NCBI GenBank assembly: GCA_037379345.1
Contig: CM074521.1
Location: 10,838,247-10,902,246 of the forward strand
DNA from: Perna viridis
Lineage: Eukaryota
Reading direction: 5' to 3'
DNA: 64,000 nucleotides
The notes below the pieces were generated by a model that was not told where the DNA came from, ran no database searches, and saw only the letters and a program-made list of their open reading frames with translations. The position numbers and the translations under genes are program-made. Positions 27,510 through 37,300 of this stretch are shown here, in pieces. The stretch's first letter is position 1, and each line of letters opens with the position of its first letter.

Positions 27510-28185
27510 TACATCGCATCTACACAAAAGAACTTGAGACAAAGGATACTACATACACTGTGAAGTCAGCCTCACATCACACCTATACTTAGAGATCAAT
27601 TGTAACGAAAAATATCGACCGGACTATACGACAAACGCGATAATTTTTCATTCAGAATTGTCAACTTTCCCGACATTTATGGCAACATCCCTTTAGCAAC
27701 TGCGTATGGAATTTTCATATCACAACTCATACGTTATGCCAGAGCTTGCCGTAACTATGCAGACTTTTTTTATCGGGCTAGACTTCTTACAATTAGGCCT
27801 CTGGAACAGGGTTATGTTGCTACAAGTTTTATGATCGTCACCATGATCGAACTCGTGGATTATTACATTGTACCAATCTGCACCACGAGAACTGATTTGT
27901 TCAACGTATCATAGTTTTCCTTTCCTCTTTCGTCTACCCCGGACTTATTATGAGCAGTTCGGTGGGTATTTCTTGAAACGCAGAGGACGCTTACCCTACC
28001 GATGCACCTTGTTCATGGTCTCGGTTTTTAGTTGAGTCCAAGTTACTCAGTTGCTATTGTTATTTTGTATGTATTGTTTTGTTTATTTTATGTAATTTGT
28101 TGTGTATGTCTGTTTTCCATGTCTGGTCTTTGTCCCTGGTTTACATTATTTTAATTACCGCTATAACCTTGGTTCTTTTCCTTTC
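27510..28185 (+). mobile_element. Penelope-like element 3' fragment (RT C-terminus and 3' module), longest copy in window
   Basis: RIYTKELETKDTT.TVKSAS...YDKRDNFSFRIVNFP..YGNIP.ATAYGIFISQLIRYARAC...TDLFNVS*, followed by the shared 3' module of about 300 bp. Confidence 0.82.
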
Positions 28186-28380
28186 GAGCTTGATGCTCGA
28201 ATATTGCGTTCCCCTGGCTAATTCCTCATTGCCCACCTCAGAACTAGAAAGTTTACACCAAAGGAGAACTGTGAATATTAAACTTTTCTGAATTTTTTTT
28301 GTAAAACTGAAAAAAAAAATCAATATTTTCGACATGTTTGATTTGAATCTTTTTGTAAAAACTGTACATGTAAATTGTAG

Positions 28381-28473
28381 TACCAGAGAAGCATCTACTT
28401 CAGCCAGGAAAGTTCATTCCCGATTTCGATTTGGATGGGAATTACGACGAAGACTGTTTCTACACTTCACCAG
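28381..28473 (+). CDS. Gene 1 exon: further DxDxDG motif (LPEKHLLQPGKFIPDFDLDGNYDEDCFYTSP)
   Basis: ttgtag| acceptor, CAG|gtaaac donor, phase 1-1; DxDxDGxxDEDC motif. Confidence 0.8.
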
Positions 28474-29225
28474 GTAAACCGTTTGCAATCAAAATGATAC
28501 GCTTCCAGTCTAAAGCTCCATACAGCGGAATGTATTCTTTTCCTGCTTTTCCCTGGAGGGATTCATCAAATTTCGAACGTTAGACGTTGTTCAGAGCTTA
28601 ACGGTCTCTGTTGTAGCAAGATCATTTGTTTCCTGTGCTTGAGATCAGTATTATGTCACTTTGGACACGTTTTCCCATGATTTCCAATTTCCATTATTAG
28701 TTAGATATAGATATCCTGTTACATATAGGCAGACTTCGGGTTGAATATTTTGCTTTCAGGAAAACAATGCCAATCCGATAATTGATCAAAGACCCTCGTT
28801 CTTAGATTCTTAAAAATAGCTGCAAATGGCTGACCAACTTCAAGCAATCAATAAAGCGTTTTCGTCGCTAGGCATTGTGTTCTTAATATGCACAAGTAGT
28901 ACAACGTTAGAGTGAAGTTCATATATCACAGTGTAAACGTAATTCAAAACATATCTGACGAATCCTACCTCCATCATAGGGATAATTACTTCAGAAGCGG
29001 TGTATTCGAATCAATCATGACCTACACACAAATTAGCCCTATTTGCTATGTAGAATTTCTATCCATATTTCAGTGCAGAAATGACTGACTTTTTTTAACA
29101 TTTATAAATAATTTAACATATTAAGTTCGAAATACATATCCTAAATAGGCTGCCATCCACAATATAGGGCTTGAGACTTGTATATCGATTAAGAACTTAA
29201 TTGTTTAGGATATATTTATTTTCAG

Positions 29226-29396
29226 AATGTTATATGCCGAACATAACACATGGGCATGCAGAAGATGAAGCACCGGAAACACATGTAACTTCCGTTTTGC
29301 ATTTCACATGTGACGAAAATTACACAGCCTATCAATTTGACAGGATGACATGTTATGCGAACGGCAGTTGGTATCCTGAACCTCTCTGCTTACCAG
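29226..29396 (+). CDS. Gene 1 exon: sushi/CCP domain 1
   Basis: C..P.I.HG....F.C..NY......C..NGSW...P.C pattern; ttttcag| acceptor and G|gtac donor, phase 1-1. Confidence 0.9.
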
Positions 29397-29477
29397 GTAC
29401 ATTGTAAGCTCAATGCAGCGATTGACGTCCGTTTCCTCTCTTATTTTCAGATGAAGAAATTCTAGGACATTACTTAA

Positions 29478-29689
29478 GGAGGTAGACCTAGGATAAGGGA
29501 CATAACTCATGAAATCAGTGATATGTTTGCATTATATTCAATTTCACCGAAGCCTCTCAAGCTTTTGTTTGAAGCAGCATAAAATGTATCCAAGTTAATT
29601 AGATGCTTACATAAAATGGATGTATAATGCTGAATACAAACATTTGAATGATTTTAAAGAGTTGTGTCCCTTACCCTAGGACTACCTCC
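29478..29689. mobile_element. TTAA-flanked MITE family B (about 212 bp, Kolobok-like GG..CC ends); other copies 3433-3639, 45180-45391, 52964-53175, 61519-61730
   Basis: TIR of about 30 bp, GGAGGTAGACCTAGGGTAAGGGACA(T/C)AACTC; TTAA TSD. Confidence 0.85.
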
Positions 29690-30384
29690 TTAAATCAAGC
29701 ATCGTTTGAGAAATCGAATAACGTCTTGCAAAATCAGCGTATAAAATCATAAAACTTTTTCCCGACATTGGAACTGTCTGAGGGGCTAGCTTCAGCATTC
29801 AACAGGGTGCAAAAACCAGGCAGTGTGTGGCATATGAAAAATTTTGCTTTCAAAATTTTTCGCCCAATTCACATCACAAATGTATCCTTTCTCAACGTTG
29901 AAAGTTTTTTTTTGGATTGTATCCAACAATAAAAGAGAAATAAATTACATAGAAGGCCTTGAAATTCATTAACTATTTTAATTACTTTGAGCAAAATTTG
30001 GTTGCTTTGTACAGGAACTTTAAAATCATTTTTAGATTTTTTTTCGGGATGGGAAAGTATGATCTTTTTTTATTCAGTTCTCAGTTCATTTTCTTTTCTG
30101 TTTATCCTCATAGTTTTCTCAAAAAGTATTTGTAATAGAAGAATTACTCTTTATTATTGCATTTATCAGAAAGTCTAGTCTTTTCATTTTATGAGTTTGG
30201 AACCATGCCTCCACCACCACCATAACGGAATCTTGTACAATATGTAATATTATTTGTACAAGTTTTCTGCCATTTCAGATGCAATAACCAAGAAATCATA
30301 CTATAATTTTTTAATCGTCTAAATCTAATGTTGTTTATGGTGTTGTAAATATTTGTTTTACGTGCACATTTGTAACTCCGAGTA

Positions 30385-30733
30385 TGAACTCGTGGATCAT
30401 TACGGTGTATCCATCCGCGCCATGAAAACTGATTTGTTCAACGTGTCATAGTTTTCCTTTCCTCTTTCATCTACCACAGACTTGACTTTTTTATCAGCAA
30501 CTCGGCGGGTGTTTCTAGAAAAGCAGAGGACGCTTACCCTACCGGTGCACCGGGTCCATGCCCCTAGTTTTTAGTGGAGTCCGAGTTGCTCATTTGCTGT
30601 TGTTACTTTGTATGTATGATTTTAGTTACGTTATGTTCTTTGTTGTGTATGTCTGTTTTCTATGTCGGGTCTTTGTCCCTGGATTACATTCTTTCGATTA
30701 CCGCTATAACCTTGGTTCCCTTGATTACTCTTT
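30385..30733 (+). mobile_element. Penelope-like element 3' fragment
   Basis: Starts in the RT tail (ELVDHYGVSIRAMKTDLFNVS*), ends ggttcccttgattactcttt. Confidence 0.85.
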
Positions 30734-31951
30734 GCCTGTTTTGTTTCGTTCATTTGTAGTGTCCAGATTGCTAATTTACTTTTTTTCCCTGTCTTATGCG
30801 GTTCATGTATATTGTTTGTTGTTCTTAGATATATAAGTCTTTATCTAATTTTTTCAATTTATGATTTTGCTTTGTCTGTAAATATTCTGTCTTCCTGCAT
30901 CACACAGGGAAGTGGTACACTATAATAAACGAGAAATTTAGGAGTAATATCTGAAATAATATCCTCGATCCATGGACCTCATGTCCGCTTTCTCGGAGAA
31001 CAAAAATACAACCTTTTCCATTTGACATTTTTATGCTTCCTACAGAATATATATTTAATTACATTTTTATACTCTAACGCTGCTGTCTGGTGAGAGGTTA
31101 CTCATTGAAACACGTGTACAGCAGACGGAAATTGCTTTATTTGTATAATTTTTTTTTTTTTTTTTTTTTTTTTGGGGGGGGGTATTATAGCATAAAAATT
31201 ACTTATTTCGTAGTTCCGTTAACCCATTAAATACAGATTTGAGTGGCTTAAATTAAGATGGTAAAAGGTATATACATTTACATATACCTTGGTTCCCTTG
31301 ATTACTCTTTTTCAAAAAACCAACATAAAAGTAGGAATTTTTAAAGACCTTCAACGATATTCATGTATAAAGCCATTATTATACCGTACCATCAAGTTTA
31401 AGAAACTGTATTTTCTAGAAATATAGTTTACAATACGAGTTGAAAGTTCACAACATGACAACATTTTGGCTAACCATAAAAGAAAACAAATATGGTATTT
31501 TGACTATTTGATTTTGACCAAGTTTTATAAAATTCATCGTTACACGTCACAGCCTTTCAACTACGGGCGGATCCAGGCACTTTGAAAAGGAGAGGTGCCA
31601 GCCGGGGTTCCTCAGAAAAAGAGAGTGCAAATTATGCAATAAAATGGGGATGCCAAATCCCTGTATTCCCACTAGATCCGCTTTAAACTGCATTTTGAGT
31701 TTGTTCCAATGTAACCTACTGAGTCTGCCTGGAACTTCAAGTTGTTACAATGTAACAATAAGTGACTATCAAAATGACAAGTTTTAAGAACATAAATGGA
31801 TGCTCGTTGCTTTTATTTTTATATTTGTTTTTGTTTTTTTTTTGTTTTTTTGTTTTTTGTTTTTTTTTGTTCTTTCTAATGAAAAATAACATATCTTACC
31901 CTCTCTTTATATGTTTTGTTTCCTTTTCACTAGTTTGGTATGTTTTTTTAG

Positions 31952-32134
31952 ATTGTCCTGATCCGTCTACGATATTTTTGTCACCGTTAGCAGTTGATGA
32001 TGATGCAAACAATCTAGCGGTTGGAGAAAACGTCACGCTGAAGTGTGTGAGAGGCTATACCTTATTTGGTGATCCAAGTGTTACGTGTTTCCAGAACTCA
32101 ACATGGGCTGAAGAGGAATGTTGGTGTCTTGCAG
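31952..32134 (+). CDS. Gene 1 exon: sushi/CCP domain 2
   Basis: DCPDP...VGENVTLKCVRGYTLFGDPSVTCFQNSTW....CWC; tttttag| and G|gtattg, phase 1-1. Confidence 0.92.
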
Positions 32135-32413
32135 GTATTGTCAGTTTTGAATAATGATATCATAATTATTTGTTATATTGTAAATTAATGACATGATTAA
32201 AACTTCTAGATAATTCAGCACTTCAAATCATATCATATCAATAATTTCCTTGTTTCATACACCATAGTGAAATAAATATGTATCGTCTGTCCCGGCGTGA
32301 TATTTTATTAGCAAACGGCGGGTGTTTTGAGAAAAAGAAAAGCAGAAGAACCTACTAGTGCACTTGGTTCAGTCTCCCAGTTAAAGTATTTAGAGTTACT
32401 TTTGTTTTTGTTT

Positions 32414-32457
<44 letters not shown>

Positions 32458-32573
32458 TTATTTCATGTTCTTTGCTGTGTAGGTCTATTTATCTTGTCTA
32501 GTTGTTGTGATTGGATAATATTGATTTTCTTTATATAATCTATTTAATAAATAGGATAATCAATTTGTTACCT

Positions 32574-32700
32574 TGAATAACCAAACTATGATCACTCGTG
32601 CCAAGAGCGCATAAAGATTTAACTGGTGCGCGAAACAAGTTCCGCACACTCGTTAAATCTAGGCGTTCTTCGGCACTCGTGATCATTTTTCGATTATTCA
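32574..32700. repeat. Long imperfect palindrome (arms about 60 bp)
   Basis: tgaataa..atgatcactcgtgcc..agatttaac versus gttaaatct..ggcactcgtgatcat..ttattca. Confidence 0.8.
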
Positions 32701-32851
32701 CGCTTTCCAATTAATTATCATATTACTACTTACATGACATCGGGCCAAACATATAAGTCAAAGGCATGCAATACAAAAATTCATATGGAAACAATGTAAT
32801 GATTTGACGGATTAAATATTTATTCAAGTTTTAAAATGATATATTTTGCAG

Positions 32852-33028
32852 ACTGTTCAGACCCACAAAAAGAATACAACAACTCTATCATTGCCATCAA
32901 TGGTTCATGGTCTGTCGGTTCTAATGTAACAATGCAATGTACCAATGATCTTTTTGTAATCGGCGACCCCGTGCTAGTATGCGATGACAACAGCAAATGG
33001 ACAAACAATTCATTTACATGTAGTCCAG
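32852..33028 (+). CDS. Gene 1 exon: sushi/CCP domain 3
   Basis: DCSDP...VGSNVTMQC.....IGDPVLVCDDNSKW....TC; ttttgcag| and G|gtacag, phase 1-1. Confidence 0.92.
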
Positions 33029-33369
33029 GTACAGTTCCTTGAGCATTTTGTCTAATATATATGAATCCCTCTATGTTGTATTTACATTTCATGGTAAACT
33101 GCTATTTTCAGTCCTTCTGCTCATCCGTCCACATGTTATACGAATACTCCAAAACTGTTTCATGGATACTTGGGATCAAGTTGTGACATAATGCTTGTCT
33201 TTATACGTCAGAATAAATGCGTATCTGGAAATGGATTTTCTTAAAACTACATTTTAAAACAGAGTATGTTTTAAGGTAGGGAAAGTTGTTATGATTTTTT
33301 TTTTTTTTTTGGTTTTGATTTTGTTTCCGTTTTTTGTTTCACAATTTCGGCTTTTTCAATATCAGAAGA

Positions 33370-33371
<2 letters not shown>

Positions 33372-33407
<36 letters not shown>
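33372..33407. repeat. (GA)n microsatellite
   Basis: Direct observation. Confidence 0.95.
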
Positions 33408-33410
<3 letters not shown>

Positions 33411-34237
33411 TCCTTATCAACATCCACAGGAATCAAGTGTAGGTACGTAAGATGATTTTTAAATACCCAGCAGACGCACAGTACCGATTGGGGATAACTT
33501 TATTTCCTGGTTTCCTGGAGAATGGAGAAATGGAGAATTCGGCATTGGAAAATAGCGAATAAAAAAATGTAGTTTTGTTACATGTACAATCAGCGTATAT
33601 TACCTATGGGGAGATGTTGAATACTGATAGGGAATGGTGTATTGGGAATTGGGCACGGGGAGTGGGTGGTAAATAAAGTTTGGGGCAATGGTTAATTTAT
33701 GGAAAACAATTTAGTAACATGCACTATCCTTTTTTATTACATATGACGCGATGTTGGATATGAATGGGAATGGGGCGAGGGGAGGGTTGGATGAACACCC
33801 CACACAAGAGTTGTAACACTAATGCCTATTGATATAAATATGTAACCATTAAGCAGGACATTGACAATTTTTTTGCTGAAATAGACATGGTTGTTATACA
33901 CTATCAATTTCAAATATTTCACATGACATATACACATGGTAGGTGGGAAGTTTTCTTTTGGGCAGGATTCCTTCCAAAAAAGAGCATTGTAGGAAAATTT
34001 ATAGGGCAACGGTAAGGTTGTTTTCTTACAATTTAATATGAAAAACATACCCATTTCGACACGAATTCAAAAGTGGAAATCAGTCCATGCGAATGAAGTG
34101 AATCTTTTTCCCCCAAAGTTCAAATCTGAATTCATGTAAATTAATATTTATAACTGACAATGCAACCCGAATCATTGATCCATTTCATAACGCCCATCTC
34201 TTCATAACACGAGGTCATTACAAGGTATATTTGCTAT

Positions 34238-34470
34238 GGCCACAATAAAAAAAATATGTGTGTTTACTGTCATTTGCTAAAAAAATAGGGTCGGTAGGTC
34301 GGATTTTTTTTTTGCCGCCATTGTTGTTTGATACGATAAATACCGGTAGCGGTGACGGAAAAGGCAGGAATTTCCGGAATTTTAGAAAATTACCGACACA
34401 AAGGTTAGGGTCGCAGCGATAAAATGAGGACGGTCGGGTGACCGTGAACACACATATTTTTTTTTGGCCT
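34238..34470. mobile_element. MITE with TIRs ggcc..aaaaaatatgtgtgttt
   Basis: Left ggccacaataaaaaaaatatgtgtgtttac versus right gtgaacacacatattttttttggcc. Confidence 0.65.
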
Positions 34471-34696
34471 AATACATAATTGACGTTCTCTGACAGGTAA
34501 AGAGTCGTGAAAAGGCTTAGAGAGTGTCATAGATGATTTTGCGTTCATATATACAAAATGTTAAATGTTTCACTATTAATGTTCAACGCATGTGTGCTTT
34601 GACTGTTCTACTGTTAATGACGTTTTGAATTTGTTTAACTGGTTTCATTTAACTTTATTCAACTTTTCTGCCTAATATATTATGTCGATCTTAAAG

Positions 34697-34876
34697 GATG
34701 CACTAAAGCGACAAACTTGGTTTCCAATGCAAAAATGAAAGATCCCGACCGCCTACGTCCTATGAATTCTACCCATGAGATGATTTGTAATGATGGCTAT
34801 AGCGTCAAGGGTAATGCCTTCATTACTTGCCTTGACAATACGACATGGAGCGAACCAGAATTTTCCTGTGTCACAA
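34697..34876 (+). CDS. Gene 1 exon: sushi/CCP domain 4
   Basis: GCTKA...MICNDGYSVKGNAFITCLDNTTWSEPEFSC; taaag| and A|gtaagt, phase 1-1. Confidence 0.9.
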
Positions 34877-34910
34877 GTAAGTCGTTCATATGCTTATATC
34901 ACTTTTTATT

Positions 34911-35810
34911 AACAAGAGGCTCCCAGGAGCCTGAATCGCTCACCTTGTTGAATTTTGCCTTTCAAAGGCAATAAATTAAACAAGAAGTTGTCCAACAATT
35001 TTGACTCAAGAAGTCTTTGGTAGGACTTATCACAAGATCTTTTCAACAATTGAAAGTTTCTTTTAATCTATCCTAGTTTTCAAGATATTGACTGAAAACT
35101 ATTTTTAAAAAAAGTTATTTCTCCCCTTTCAAGGGCAATAACTCTTACAAGGAGTCTGAAGACTTTTGTAGTCCTAATAATATGGATCATTTTAACTATT
35201 GAAAGAATTTGGATAAACCTAACGGTTTTGGAGATATATGTGAAAAACTACTGTCTGACCCCTATGTTTTATTTTTAGTAACGGCGGCCTTGTTTTTAGA
35301 CGAATCAAAAATCCCCACATCAGTGCTATGCAGTATACTACAAGGAACATTCATACTACGTTTGGTTTCAATTGGTCAAGTAGTGTCAGAGGAGAAGATT
35401 TTTGAAAGAAATAACATTAAAAATAGCAAAATTCGTTGAAAAAGGGCAATAACTCCAACATTGCCTAACGGATTAAAACCAAAATTTGACCTGAGATAGA
35501 TCTCATCATGCTGAACACTTTTATGCAGTCAAGATTCAGTTTAACCTAATGATTTAGGAGATATATGTGAAAAACTATTGTCTCACCCCCCCCCATGTTC
35601 TATTTTTAGTAACAGCGGCCATGTTTTTTTTAAGAATCAAAATTCCCCACAACAGTTCTATGCAGGATACCCCAAGGAACATTCATACAAAATTTGGTTC
35701 TAATTAGTCAAGTAGTTTCAGAGGAAAAGAGTTTTGTATAATTGTTAACGACGACGACGGACGCCAAGTGATAGCAATAACTCACATGGCCTTGGGCCAG
35801 GTGAGCTAAA
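34911..35810 (-). mobile_element. Helentron-associated (HINE/DINE-1-like) non-autonomous element
   Basis: Minus strand begins tttagctcacctg, then a (cgt)n microsatellite and an internal duplicated block of about 330 bp. It ends with subTIR aggtgagc, the hairpin aggctcc-tgg-gagcct and cttgtt. Confidence 0.75.
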
Positions 35811-36355
35811 AAGGCATAAATTGGTCAAACATAAAAACAGCGTTTTAAAAAGAAAACACGATCAACTCAGTTTTTCGATGATGGTGATTTTCAGAAAAAC
35901 TACTTTACGCGGTCCCTTTTCAAATTTTTAAATTCTCATCTGCTTCATAACGTTTAATATTTGATAATCGTGTTCTTTTAATTGTTTCTTTAGAAATGAA
36001 ACAAACTGCATGCATTGTACCAAACTCCACACAAGGGCGGTTGTTCGTTTCCTCTCTTATTTTCAGGTACATACAGGCCTTTCGAATGCTCGGTCATTCG
36101 ATCGTCAAATTAAACGTCGTTAAATTATTAAATCGGATAACTTCGCCTAAAATCCTTGAACATTTTCCGACTTGGCATGAATCTTGTTTTTTTTTTTTCT
36201 GAGAGGGCTGGTTGGAGCGTCTAGAGTGAATTTCGAACGTCAGACGCTGTTTCGGAGCTCGGTACTGTATTTTCAAAGAACAATTGCCCGTTCTAGTATA
36301 CGAAATTCATCGTTCTCTAGATCATTTCAAAGCAAAGAAAAAACATTTTATGCAA

Positions 36356-36495
36356 CATACGTTGTAACGAATAATTATATTGGATACAAAACGTACGTTG
36401 TAACGAGTAATTTTATTGGATACAAAACGTACGTTGTAACGAGTAATTTCATAAGAAACAAAACGTACGCCATAACCAGTATTTCAATGGATACG
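36356..36495. repeat. 36-bp minisatellite, about 4 copies
   Basis: Unit gttgtaacgagtaattttattggatacaaaacgtac. Confidence 0.85.
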
Positions 36496-37114
36496 ATGTA
36501 ACACCAAAAATGTCAAGTAGTCAATAGGATTGACTGCCTCAAATTATTCAACCTGTCAATTCTTGTCATTAAGGGATACACAGAGATGGACACGCACATT
36601 TATAAAAAAAAAAAAAAATACACCGGAAGTAGAAAAGTTACAATATTTTTTTTTATTGATTTTTTTTTCTATCGATAAAACATGATTTGTACAGACTTCC
36701 GGTGCTGTTTTGTTTTTAAACCTATATAAAATTTTAAATCGTGGTGGTTCTTTAAGTATTTTTGTTGTTTGTGTATTAAATGCACTACATGTTTGAATTA
36801 AACTACAGTTCCCGGAACATATTTATCGATTCAACATGCAAGAGTTGTCTAACTTTCAATAGTGTTTTCAGAAAGAAGTACGGAATTAATTTGTTTTCAG
36901 TATAAATTTTGCTATTGAAAGGAATAAGGAAAAGTAATGAATAACTTCTGTGACCATTTTATTCAAAGCAGACGGTTTTGAAATGCATCCTTCTTCTAAA
37001 TGACTCTACACAAACCGCATGTTATGTTGACCTCGTTTGAAGGTCAGTAAGTTTAAATTTTTAAAATTTTCCATCAGGAAAACAGATAAATCAGAACTAT
37101 TTCATTTCTTTAAG

Positions 37115-37300
37115 GTTGCAATGATCCCAGGCTCACATCATCGGATTTCATGTTTATTCCAAACTTCAATGAGGGTACCCCCTTCTTAGAGGGTATCACC
37201 GTCAGTCTTAAGTGTAGGCCCGGATCAACCATGGTTGGAAGCAGCAGAATAACATGCCTTGCTAACAAGAAGTGGACGGACAGAACTAGATGTATTCGAG
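37115..37300 (+). CDS. Gene 1 exon: sushi/CCP domain 5
   Basis: SCNDP...GITVSLKCRPGSTMVGSSRITCLANKKWTDRTRC; tttaag| and G|gtaaga, phase 1-1. Confidence 0.92.

Noticed and set aside
30493-30593. SECIS element or hammerhead ribozyme in the Penelope-like 3' module
   Set aside because: ATGA is fully Watson-Crick paired with TCAT in the consensus (no GA/GA quartet), and no CUGAnGA...GAAA core is present.
36184-36501. ORF with 12-aa repeats, or a CRISPR-like array
   Set aside because: Head-to-tail 36-bp minisatellite with no spacers, in a eukaryotic intron.
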